Shown here one piece after another: positions 8,619 to 16,617 of a DNA stretch of 36,420 nt. A program made the position numbers and the translations under genes. How positions within the stretch are numbered: the first letter of the stretch is position 1; each line of letters begins with the position of its first letter. The notes beneath the pieces were generated by a model. It made no database searches. It was not told the origin of the DNA and saw only the letters and a program-made list of their open reading frames with translations. Source of the DNA: Blastocatellia bacterium (GTDB lineage: Bacteria; Acidobacteriota; Blastocatellia; UBA7656); assembly GCA_041497455.1 (NCBI GenBank), contig JBGQGO010000002.1:1-36420 (forward strand), in the 5' to 3' direction.

Positions 8619-10937
8619 TCACCGGACGAGCCTGAGAAAGTAGACGCCGCGCATACCGGCTGCGACGATCCGCTCGCCCTCGCGCTGCAACGCGCAACCG
8701 AACAACCGCCCGTCTACGTGCAAAGTCGCCAGGCATTTTCCTGATCTGGCGTCCCACGCCTTGAGCGAGTTGTCGGATGAGGCGGAGACGATGATCGAGC
8801 CGTCGGCGCTGATCGCGCAGCCACGGACCGCAGATGTATGCCCAGCGAGGGAGCGCAGCTCGGCGCCTGATCTGGCGTCCCACACCTTGAGCGAGTTGTC
8901 GGATGAGGCGGAGACGATGATCGAGCCGTCGGCGCTGATCGCGCAGCCCCAGACCCCAGACGTATGCCCCGTGAGCGTGCGGACCAGCGCAGGGTCCGGG
9001 AGGTCCGGAAGTGGGTGTACGGCTTCAACGAACGGCCGGCGAAGAATGCGCGCTAGCTTCTCAACAAGCGGAGCGAACACCTCGACGTGTTGCAGGCGAC
9101 TGAGCAGCGTGGCTTCGGCTGCATCGCGATCATTACAACGATCCAGTACGTGACCTGACTGAACAAAGCTGCGCCGCAGCGTCCGCTGCGTGGGATCATC
9201 AAGCGCGATTCTCTCTGCTGCCAGGAGGTCGCCTTCCACGACGAGCGCTTTCCGCGCCAGCGTCTTCGCTGCCAGGTAACGCAGGTCCTTAACCGTAGCG
9301 ATTAACTCGTCTGCGCGGCCGGCTGAGATCAGGTGATCGGCGAGATGGTCCCATAGATAAGGCTCGTTAAGATCCAGGTCAGCCCATGGGCTCGCGCTGG
9401 CGTCAGACGCTCGGTTGCCGCTCGATGGCTGGTGAGATTCGAGAAGCGCGTTGTGTGCTGCGGCGAGACTCTCGCCTTGCTCTCCGATCAAGTAACCACG
9501 CACAACGTCATGAAGCCGTATTACGCGCCCATTCGGATCGAACCGCTGCAACAGCGAAAGCCGGTCGAGCCGCTCGCACAGTGCTTCGGTGTCGAAGTCG
9601 TCGAGCCTGCCAGTCCTTCCCCACAGTTTTGTGAGCGTGACGAGCGGAACGTCTATGTCCTCGGGGAAGACCGCCAAATCGGCGTAGCGCGCCTGTTCGT
9701 TCGGATCCAACAACTCGATCGACACGCCCAGGCACTTGCGCACTGCTTGCTCGCGAGCCTGCGGGTCGCGCGCGTCGAAGGTCGTGAGCCCGCGTTTGTC
9801 GAGCGAAGTGTTCACCCACTCAATCGCTCTGGTGAACGGTTGGTGCAGGACTTCAACTCGATGCCTCAGGGCGCGGTTGGCGAGCTCGATCAGCAAGGGC
9901 CATTCGCCCAGCCGCTTCGCAAGCTCGCGCAGATCGGTCTCGCACTCCGGTGGCAGACCGGAACCGAGCAACGCAACGGCTTCGTCTCGGCGCATCGCGT
10001 CTACATCGACTCGCTTGGAACCGCGAGGCAGCACGTCCACGAGCCGAGTCGTGATCAAACGAGCGCCGCGTCCGACGCCTTGAGTGAACGGAGTGAGGTG
10101 TACTGAATCCCACACGTCGTCGATCACCAGCAGCGCGTTGCGGTCGGCCAGCAACTCGCGCAGCCGCGCGGTAGCCGCGTTGACATCGGAAAAGCCTGGG
10201 CGCTCGCCTGTGAGTACTTCGATCAGGTCGATGACGCGGCGGGTGAGATCGCCGGGGCTCTCGCCGAGCGTCACCCAGAGGATTCCGCCATCGAAAGCGT
10301 TTTGAACGTCTTCGTCGTGACAAAGCGCTTTGGCGAGAGTCGTCTTGCCGTAGCCGCCCGCTCCTCGCAACGCCGCGGTGATCGCGACCGGATCGCCGCT
10401 CTCGCGGTCGAGCAGAAGCGAGAGCAGTTGATTGAACTCGCCGGGACGAGGAACGAAATCCGGCGGGAGTGGTTCAGCCATGAAGGGCACTCGCGGTTCT
10501 TCGCAGCGAGTCTTCAGGTCGTTGAGGAACTTCTCCAGTTGCAGCGGCTCATCCAGATCATAGAAGTGCTTCTCGCTCATCCATCGCGGCATCGAGCCGA
10601 AGTTGAGGCCGGGCGCGCCCTTGATCGGGTAGACGCACACGCCCTGCTGACGCGCGTATTGCCACTCCTTGCGGACGAACTCGGACTTCAGGGCGTTGGG
10701 TGTAATTATCAGCGCCATGAACTCGACGTGATCGAGTGCATCGGTGATCTGAAGCCACCAATCGCGACCGCCTTCCAGTGCGATGACGTCTTGCCAGAGC
10801 GAAAAGCCTTCGTTCTCGAGGCGCGCGCGCAGCTCTCCGGCGAAGCTTTTCCCATCGCTGCGAGCGTACGAGATGAAGACGCCCTCGCGCGGCTGGCTTT
10901 GTTTGGCTTTAGTCCTGTCAGGCATCGGTGGAGACAT
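8619..10937 (-). CDS. TIR-NB-ARC-WD40 STAND NTPase (candidate immune sensor/effector)
   Basis: 772-aa ORF. The N-terminal TIR is GVFISYARSDGKSFAGELRARLENEGFSLWQD...LIITPNALKSEFVRKEWQYA. NB-ARC motifs are Walker A GAGGYGKTTLA, Walker B LLVIDDVWD, RLITTR, GEWPLLIELA (GxP-like) and RLHDVV (MHD-like). The C-terminal WD40 blades are LTGHTSGVWGCAISADGSIIVSASSDNSLKVWD, LAGHTSAVRGCAISADGSIIVSASSDNSLKAWD and one degenerate blade. Confidence 0.85.
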   Translation of the reverse strand: MSPPMPDRTKAKQSQPREGVFISYARSDGKSFAGELRARLENEGFSLWQDVIALEGGRDWWLQITDALDHVEFMALIITPNALKSEFVRKEWQYARQQGVCVYPIKGAPGLNFGSMPRWMSEKHFYDLDEPLQLEKFLNDLKTRCEEPRVPFMAEPLPPDFVPRPGEFNQLLSLLLDRESGDPVAITAALRGAGGYGKTTLAKALCHDEDVQNAFDGGILWVTLGESPGDLTRRVIDLIEVLTGERPGFSDVNAATARLRELLADRNALLVIDDVWDSVHLTPFTQGVGRGARLITTRLVDVLPRGSKRVDVDAMRRDEAVALLGSGLPPECETDLRELAKRLGEWPLLIELANRALRHRVEVLHQPFTRAIEWVNTSLDKRGLTTFDARDPQAREQAVRKCLGVSIELLDPNEQARYADLAVFPEDIDVPLVTLTKLWGRTGRLDDFDTEALCERLDRLSLLQRFDPNGRVIRLHDVVRGYLIGEQGESLAAAHNALLESHQPSSGNRASDASASPWADLDLNEPYLWDHLADHLISAGRADELIATVKDLRYLAAKTLARKALVVEGDLLAAERIALDDPTQRTLRRSFVQSGHVLDRCNDRDAAEATLLSRLQHVEVFAPLVEKLARILRRPFVEAVHPLPDLPDPALVRTLTGHTSGVWGCAISADGSIIVSASSDNSLKVWDARSGAELRSLAGHTSAVRGCAISADGSIIVSASSDNSLKAWDARSGKCLATLHVDGRLFGCALQREGERIVAAGMRGVYFLRLVR
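8742..8993. repeat. Tandem 126-bp (42-codon) WD40 repeat units inside the STAND gene
   Basis: Unit 1 spans 8742-8867 and unit 2 spans 8868-8993. The first 81 nt of each unit differ at a single position (cacGcc vs cacAcc). The remaining ~45 nt are diverged. Confidence 0.9.
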
Positions 10938-11032
10938 CTGGCTCGACGCTATTGCGAAAGTTAACTAAGGCAGTATACCGATACTCCTAGCGACTTGTAC
11001 CGGCATTTCGGTAGCGATCAAGTCGGCAAGAA

Positions 11033-11146
11033 ATCCGTGCAAACCCGTCGCATCCGCTTCATCAGTGGTCTATGCGTTTGGAAGAACATGTTTGGTAGTG
11101 CCCGATAGACCACGGATAACACTGATCCGACGGATTTGCACGGATA
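11033..11146. repeat. Imperfect long inverted repeat, family E
   Basis: atccgtgcaaacccgtcg (11033-11050) pairs with cgacggatttgcacggat (11129-11146). An inner pair gtggtctat/atagaccac is also present. The element lies between the STAND gene start and the small antitoxin-like gene. Confidence 0.7.
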
Positions 11147-11254
11147 CCACATCCTGACTTCTTCTAATGTTTGTTTTCTAGAACAGAACTCGTCATCGAG
11201 GATACGCCACCATCGCGCAGGCATCCAATACGTAGATCACGATTCGCCCCGGCC

Positions 11255-11452
11255 CTACTCAAGTTCGATCTCTTCAGCCTTACTTCGAAGCACTTCTTCG
11301 GTGGATACTCCCAGGTGCGCGTACTTGCCCCGAACGCTGCGAACCAGTTCCACGCGTTGCTCCCGCTCTAGCGCTTCGAGAAGTCTTTGACGCTCTTCGG
11401 CTGTCAGCGACTTCACTTTTTCAATGATTGTTTCGACAACCGAGTTCGCCAT
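11255..11452 (-). CDS. Small antitoxin-like protein (addiction-module-component style), no adjacent toxin
   Basis: The start is placed at the ATG at 11452 (MANSVVETIIEKVKSLTAEERQRLLEALEREQ...RGKYAHLGVSTEEVLRSKAEEIELE). The LSxEERxxLLEAL helix and the C-terminal tail resemble antitoxins that usually precede PIN/other toxins. No toxin ORF follows. Confidence 0.45.
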   Translation of the reverse strand: MANSVVETIIEKVKSLTAEERQRLLEALEREQRVELVRSVRGKYAHLGVSTEEVLRSKAEEIELE

Positions 11453-11632
11453 GACCTTTGCTGATTTCGTAAGTCTTCGCCGCGATTTTACCACAAGCAA
11501 ACCGCACTGAGCTTAGCTCGGCGAGGCGTTGGCGCCAACAAGCAGAGAGCAAACGAGGCGCTTTGGAAGTTCGTTTCCTTGAGAGCCTTGTGTATAATGC
11601 GAGCACGCAGCCGCGAGCTTGAGGGACACCTT

Positions 11633-11812
11633 ATGAGCACCACAAAAGAAGAAGCAATCAACCTGATAACCCGGCTACCGGACGAAGCTAGCTGGGACGA
11701 CATCATGTACGAGATGTACGTAAAGAAGAAAATTGAGTTGGGCATCAAGGCAGCCGACGAAGGCCGCGTGGTCCCGCACGAGGAAGTAAAGAGGATGTTC
11801 TCAGTTGAATGA
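11633..11812 (+). CDS. RelB/ParD-type antitoxin-like protein
   Basis: The ATG at 11633 gives MSTTKEEAINLITRLPDEASWDDIMYEMYVKKKIELGIKAADEGRVVPHEEVKRMFSVE. The LPDExxxDDIMYxxYV...GxxDxxxGRVxxHEEVKR pattern is common in antitoxins paired with RelE/ParE toxins. A perfect TATAAT lies at 11593-11598. The stop overlaps the ATG of the toxin remnant. Confidence 0.6.
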   Translation: MSTTKEEAINLITRLPDEASWDDIMYEMYVKKKIELGIKAADEGRVVPHEEVKRMFSVE

Positions 11813-12087
11813 AGCTCTTCTGGGCCGAGTCCTTTAAGTCTTTGCGGACCTTGGCGTCTTTGCGCGAAACCCTCTAACGCGATGTTAGACATTGAGGAAG
11901 CAGTGTTTCGCGCAAAGACGCCAAGGTCCGCGAAGACGCAAAGCTCTAAGAGAATGTGAGAGAAACATCTATCGCAGCATACCGCATCATCTACCGAATC
12001 GTTGGCGAGCGAGTCGATGTGCTCGCGGTCATCCACGGCAGCCGAGATCTCTGGGGCCAAGAACCCAAGCCTTGGGAGATCGCGTAG
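11809..12087 (+). pseudogene. RelE/ParE-family toxin disrupted by a family-A palindromic element
   Basis: The ATG at 11809 (ATGA overlap with the antitoxin stop) encodes MKLFWAESFK and then runs straight into the repeat, with a stop at about 11875. A different frame downstream encodes ETSIAAYRIIYRIVGERVDVLAVIHGSRDLWGQEPKPWEIA* (stop 12085-12087), a typical RelE/ParE C-terminus. The central ~45 codons are missing. Confidence 0.6.
11838..11943. repeat. Palindromic element, family A (second copy)
   Basis: gtctttgcggaccttggcgtctttgcgcgaaac (11838-11870) pairs with gtttcgcgcaaagacgccaaggtccgcgaagacgcaaag (11905-11943). The arm motif is the same as at 4739-4832. Confidence 0.85.
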
Positions 12088-12095
12088 GCGCCGGC

Positions 12096-15000
12096 TCAGA
12101 GCGTGAGAGCTGGAAGGCCTGCCTTGGCTAGCTGCTCATTGAGCGCCTTTACGTCCTTGTCTTTCAGTTCACTCCAACGCGACAACACTCCGGCAAGCGC
12201 CTGTTGCGCCTGCTCGGACGCGGCGATTGCCTGAGTCGTTGGCGTCACGTCGGCCCCTTCGACTAATCCCATAAGTCCCAGTAGCTCGCCGCTCACTCGC
12301 GAGAGGCTTGGCTCGCTCGATCCGCCGGCCGCGCCACCGCCGCCTCCGCGACCGCCGCCCGCTCCTTCAAGCGCAGCAGCTTTTCTCTCTAGCGCGGTGA
12401 TCGCATCCGCCGGCGCGCCTGCTCGATCACGCAAGCTCCGGAGTTGCGTTCTGAGCTTGCGAACTTGCTCGATCGCTTCGCGAGCTTGCTTCATCCCGTC
12501 ATAACATCGCATCGCAATCGCATGCTGCTGAGCCAGGCCGTCCGGCGGAGTCTTCACCCGAGGATCCATCTTCACCGTCAGCGGCTGTGCGTAGCTTCGA
12601 CCGTTCACCGTCAGCCTCACGGTGTAGTTGCCTGGCAGCACCCACGGCCCGAGCGGATGACGCTCGGTGTCGCCATAGATCGCCGCGATGGGAAACTGGG
12701 CCGGCGAACCCTCGGGACGCGGATAGTGCAGGTTCCACACAAAGCGTTGCATGCCCGCTTTAGTCGAGAGGATTTGCGATGGGCGAATCCAGTAGGTCGG
12801 GATGTTGACTTCCTTTCCGATCGCCTCGATGTCGTCCCGCTTATCGGCGCTCGAAAAACGAGCCACCAGTTTGTTCGATGAGTCGGATATCTCGAGCACG
12901 ACCGGACTACCTGCCGCCGACTTCAGATAGTAGTTTAAGATCGCGCCGTCGGGTGGGTTCTTGCCTGCGGGTTCTTCAGGAGGCAGCGGCGTGTCGGTGT
13001 TCATATTCCACCGAACGCGATAAGCCAGTTGCGGCTTGAAGAGGAAGGCTTCCGCCGCGGCGACCTGTTCGCTGATCTGCCGAAGTACCGTGATGTCATC
13101 GAGTATCCAGAACGACCGGCCGTGGGTTCCGACTACTATGTCATCGTCTTTGATCACCAAGTCGCGAATGGAGCTTGCGGGCATGTTCAGTCGCAGCGGC
13201 TGCCAGTTGTCGCCGTCGTTGAATGAGACATAGACGGCTCGCTCGCTTCCGCAGAAGAGCAGCCCGCGCCGGACTGGATCCTCGCGCACGACGTTTATTG
13301 GTCCGCTGTCACCGAGACCATTCACGATCTCCTTCCACGTCTTGCCGCCGTCGTGAGTGCGATAGATGTGCGGCCGTTGATCGTCGAGCCGGATTCGATT
13401 CACCGCAGCGTAAGCCGTGTTTGCGTCGAATCGGCCGGCGTCCATGATCGAGATCTTGCTCCACGATGTTATTCCGGGCGGAGTCACGTTGCTCCAGCTC
13501 TTGCCGCTATCGCGAGTGATGTGAATCAAGCCGTCGTCGGTTCCGGCCCAGATCACGTTCACGTCCTTGTAGGAAGGCGCGACGGTGTAGATGACTCCGC
13601 GCCGCGGCTGCTTAGCCATCTCAGGCGTGCGGTAGACGCCGATGCTTTCGGGAACGTCAGGTTGTTCCCGCGAGAGATCAGGGCTGATGATGTCCCAACT
13701 GTTTCCGCCGCTGGTCGTTTTGAACAGCACGTTGCCAGCGAAGTAGAGAACGCGCGGATCGACTGGCGAGAAGATCACCGGCGCAGTGCGTAGGAAACGA
13801 TACTTGCCGCTGCGAGTCCCTTCGGGCGAGATGTTCTGCACTTGACCGGTGCTCCAATCGAAGCGAGTGATCTTGCCGCCGTAGATGATGTTCGGGTTCA
13901 GCGGATCAGGCGCGACGTAGCCGTATTCTTCAACGCCGACCGGATGCCACTCGCGAAACGTGATCTGGCCGTCGTTGCCTCGGCTCGCGATTCCAACAGA
14001 GCCGCTCTCTTGTTGTCCGCCGTAAATCCAATAAGGAAATCGGTTGTCGGTGATGACGTGATAGAACTGAGCGGTCGGCTGGTTGTACCACGAGCTCCAG
14101 GTTTGTCCGCCGTTGACGGTGACGATCGCGCCCTGATCGCTTGCGAGCAGGATGATCCGCGGGTTGTCCGGGTTGATCCAGACGGTGTGATAGTCATCTC
14201 CACCGGGCGCTCCGCGAAACCCAGTCCAGGTTTGTCCCGCATCGGTCGAACGCCAGGTCACGACGTTGGCGCTGTAAACGATATCGGGGTTCTTCGGATC
14301 GACCTTCACTTCGGCGAAGTCGCTGCCTCGCCCCCAGGGCCGGGGATCGGTGCTCACGCGCATCCAGCCCTCGCCCGCGTCGTCCGATCGGTAGACTCCT
14401 CCGAGTTGCGGAGAAGCATCAACCGTCGCGTACATCCGCTTCGGGTCGCTTGGCGCAACGCAGAAGCCGATTCGTCCTAAGCCTTGTTCGAAGGTCGGGA
14501 GCCCTTTCGTAAGCTTTCGCCATGTGGCGCCGCCGTCAGTTGACTTGAAGAGTCCGCTTTCCGGTCCTTGCCACGCGCCGTTCTCCCACGGGCCTTGCCG
14601 CCCGGCCCACAGATCAGCGTAGACGGTCTGCGAGTTCGAAGGATCGAATGCGAGCGCGATCGCTCCGGTGTTTTCGTCTTTGTAGAGGACCTTCTGAAAA
14701 GTCTCGCCGCCATCGGTCGAGCGAAACACGCCGCGTTCTTCATTAGGTCCGTAAGGATGCCCGAGCACGGCTACGAACAGGCGATTCGCATCGCGCGGAT
14801 CGACTATGATTGCGCCGATCTGTTGACCGTCACGCAGGCCGAGATGCTTCCACGTTTTTCCGGCATCGGTCGACTTGTACATGCCGTCGCCGGTCGCGAG
14901 ATCAGGCCGCTGCAAGCCTTCGCCGCAACCGACGTAGACGATCTCAGGATTGGATGGAGCGACCGCAAGCGCGCCTATGGAACCAGTCGGCTGATCATCA

Positions 15001-15257
15001 AAGATGGGCTTCCACGTATGGCCGTAGTCGTTAGTCTTCCACACGCCGCCGTTGTTGACGCCGATGTAAAAGACGTTGGGTTGTCCCGGCACTCCAGTGG
15101 CGCCGACGGTTCGGCCTCCTCGATGAGGGCCGATGCATCGCCAACGGAGGTCCTGGTAGAGGTTAGGGTTGAACTGCTGAGCTGTCGCGGACGACAGAAG
15201 CCCGAAGACCAGAGCCAAAGCACAGACGGGCAGAACAATTTTGCGGCGTGCGCTCAC
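12096..15257 (-). CDS. Secreted BNR/Asp-box repeat, sortilin/VPS10-like beta-propeller protein
   Basis: 1053-aa ORF with a signal peptide (MSARRKIVLPVCALALVFGLLSSATAQ). Repeated S-x-D-x-G-x-T-W Asp-box motifs are present (TNDYGHTWKP, STDAGKTWKH, STDGGETFQK, STDGGATWRK, STDAGQTWTG, VNGGQTWSS, TSGGNSWDI, RDSGKSWSN, THDGGKTWKE). There is a Gly-rich stretch and a helical C-terminus. Confidence 0.85.
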   Translation of the reverse strand: MSARRKIVLPVCALALVFGLLSSATAQQFNPNLYQDLRWRCIGPHRGGRTVGATGVPGQPNVFYIGVNNGGVWKTNDYGHTWKPIFDDQPTGSIGALAVAPSNPEIVYVGCGEGLQRPDLATGDGMYKSTDAGKTWKHLGLRDGQQIGAIIVDPRDANRLFVAVLGHPYGPNEERGVFRSTDGGETFQKVLYKDENTGAIALAFDPSNSQTVYADLWAGRQGPWENGAWQGPESGLFKSTDGGATWRKLTKGLPTFEQGLGRIGFCVAPSDPKRMYATVDASPQLGGVYRSDDAGEGWMRVSTDPRPWGRGSDFAEVKVDPKNPDIVYSANVVTWRSTDAGQTWTGFRGAPGGDDYHTVWINPDNPRIILLASDQGAIVTVNGGQTWSSWYNQPTAQFYHVITDNRFPYWIYGGQQESGSVGIASRGNDGQITFREWHPVGVEEYGYVAPDPLNPNIIYGGKITRFDWSTGQVQNISPEGTRSGKYRFLRTAPVIFSPVDPRVLYFAGNVLFKTTSGGNSWDIISPDLSREQPDVPESIGVYRTPEMAKQPRRGVIYTVAPSYKDVNVIWAGTDDGLIHITRDSGKSWSNVTPPGITSWSKISIMDAGRFDANTAYAAVNRIRLDDQRPHIYRTHDGGKTWKEIVNGLGDSGPINVVREDPVRRGLLFCGSERAVYVSFNDGDNWQPLRLNMPASSIRDLVIKDDDIVVGTHGRSFWILDDITVLRQISEQVAAAEAFLFKPQLAYRVRWNMNTDTPLPPEEPAGKNPPDGAILNYYLKSAAGSPVVLEISDSSNKLVARFSSADKRDDIEAIGKEVNIPTYWIRPSQILSTKAGMQRFVWNLHYPRPEGSPAQFPIAAIYGDTERHPLGPWVLPGNYTVRLTVNGRSYAQPLTVKMDPRVKTPPDGLAQQHAIAMRCYDGMKQAREAIEQVRKLRTQLRSLRDRAGAPADAITALERKAAALEGAGGGRGGGGGAAGGSSEPSLSRVSGELLGLMGLVEGADVTPTTQAIAASEQAQQALAGVLSRWSELKDKDVKALNEQLAKAGLPALTL

Positions 15258-15396
15258 GTTTCACCTCCCGGTAAGACAGCTTGGAGAATTGTTCCTGAGA
15301 GCAGCTACGATACTCGCGTCGGATGGCGGGTGACAAGCTTATCAGCGGTCGGCAACGTGAGAGCCGTCTGCGGTTGCCTTCACTTTTTCATAGCAC

Positions 15397-15651
15397 TCAA
15401 GTCAGAGCGGAATCGGGGAACTTGGTACTCACTGGCGCAGCTTCATCCGGAGTAACCTCGCTGGGGAGCAACGAAGAGTAATCGCGGACCTCAAGGTTCA
15501 TTCGGTCGATCTCCGCAAGGTAGCCTTCCGCTGAGAGTCTGTAGTTGGTTGGATTCTTCTCCACCTGACGCAGTCGGGCGACTTGTTGGTAGAAACTTTC
15601 GATGCGTTTCATTGTCACCTTGAGCTCTTCATCGTTGCTAATCACGGCCAA
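15397..15651 (-). CDS. Hypothetical small protein
   Basis: 84-aa ORF with a TTG start at 15651. A GTG at 15645 has better spacing to gaggtg. It is the last of three closely spaced minus-strand genes following hicB. Its pattern loosely resembles the N-terminal non-HTH part of the XRE protein at 29197-29607. Confidence 0.4.
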   Translation of the reverse strand: MAVISNDEELKVTMKRIESFYQQVARLRQVEKNPTNYRLSAEGYLAEIDRMNLEVRDYSSLLPSEVTPDEAAPVSTKFPDSALT

Positions 15652-15684
15652 TCACCTCGACGATCCTACGACGGGATCGATCCT

Positions 15685-16032
15685 CTAGAGCCGATCGGCC
15701 GCTCGAGGCTTCGTCTTTGATACTTTCGACAATGCCTGTTTGAACTTCTTGCGACTTCCGCGCGCGGCGCGGACTTGCACGACATCCTCGGCCTGCAAGG
15801 CGGTCGCCGATGTGAGGGCCTTCTGTAAGGCTTGCGGCACCTCGATTGGGAAGAAGCGACTCGCGGAATATCCATAGTCCTCGCCGCTCTCATCGATCAC
15901 ACGTATGTACCCGTGGGAGGCGGCCTCATCGTCAGGAATCACGCGATAAAGTTTTCCCGCCAATAGTGACGCTTCATAGCCTCTATTGTTGATGCAGACC
16001 GCGAAGCAGCTTTCGTGTTTGCTTCTTTTCAT
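15685..16032 (-). CDS. Hypothetical protein, conserved-looking, basic C-terminal tail
   Basis: 115-aa ORF starting 12 nt after the hicB stop. The core is CINNRGYEASLLAGKLYRVIPDDEAASHGYIRVIDESGEDYGYSASRFFPIE and the tail is Lys/Arg-rich. No family was recognised with confidence. Confidence 0.5.
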   Translation of the reverse strand: MKRSKHESCFAVCINNRGYEASLLAGKLYRVIPDDEAASHGYIRVIDESGEDYGYSASRFFPIEVPQALQKALTSATALQAEDVVQVRAARGSRKKFKQALSKVSKTKPRAADRL

Positions 16033-16044
16033 AACAGCCGCGAC

Positions 16045-16446
16045 TTAGTCCGACGTTACCGCCATTTCGAGCGGCGCTTCGAGCTTAAGGTTGATGAGCT
16101 GATTCAACGACACGCTCTGTTGCGCGGCCTCGATCGCAAGATAGCGGTGCAAGTAACCCGGCATTCGCACGTTGAGCCGGCCGCTGAACGAACGTTTGCC
16201 GAGCGGCTGCGGTATCGGCTCTTTGGACGCGGCCATGTCCTTCAAGACCACCTTGACTACCTGCTGAATTGAACGCAGCGCAGCCTCCTGCGAATCGCCG
16301 TGGGCTGCAAGTGACGGGAACTCGGCCACCCGCGCGACATAGGCCTCGTCGTCTTCCGACCAGCCGACCGTGTACAGATAGTGTTCTGCCGCCGGGCGCG
16401 AGCGCCTGTCCGGCTTGTTGCGTGCGGTTGTGATCTTTTTTTTCAT
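16045..16446 (-). CDS. hicB: HicB-family antitoxin (UPF0150-type N-domain plus RHH/Arc-like C-domain)
   Basis: 133-aa ORF. YLYTVGWSEDDEAYVARVAEFPSLAAHGDSQEAALRSIQQVVKVVL is HicB-like. The C-terminal FSGRLNVRMPGYLHRYLAIEAAQQSVSLNQLI is the ribbon-helix-helix module found in many HicB antitoxins. Confidence 0.8.
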   Translation of the reverse strand: MKKKITTARNKPDRRSRPAAEHYLYTVGWSEDDEAYVARVAEFPSLAAHGDSQEAALRSIQQVVKVVLKDMAASKEPIPQPLGKRSFSGRLNVRMPGYLHRYLAIEAAQQSVSLNQLINLKLEAPLEMAVTSD

Positions 16447-16617
16447 CGTTGTTCCCCTAACTCACCGCTTGGTCCTTCAGTCGCCGAAGGCAGCGGAGTA
16501 CCTGGCGGACCTGATAGGGCTTCGCACTTCCTTTGTCCACTTGCAAGTTAATTCTCGGGTCGCCGGTCCATCTCGGACACTCTCTGTCGGTGTTCGAGGC
16601 AGGCCGCAGACTAAAGT

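Noticed and set aside
8295-8635. ORFs inside repeat blocks (8295-8573 -, 8408-8635 +, 11018-11224 -, 28862-29200 +, 35068-35589 +)
   Set aside because: They are composed almost entirely of translated palindromic repeat arms and lack ribosome-binding sites or any family resemblance.
11589-11598. Extended -10 promoter (TGTGTATAAT) upstream of the RelB-like antitoxin
   Set aside because: TATAAT (11593-11598) is perfect. However, the TG is not at the canonical -15/-14 spacing, and no convincing -35 lies 16-18 nt upstream. It is mentioned as evidence only, not called as a feature.
16457-16545. Possible hicA remnant 10 nt upstream of hicB (…KPYQVRQVLRCLRRLKDQAVS*)
   Set aside because: There is only a vague resemblance to the HicA N-terminal helix and no GSH motif. 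The ORF it belongs to (16457-16795) runs into the 3' end of the DUF1444 gene. This is not supportable without a profile search.
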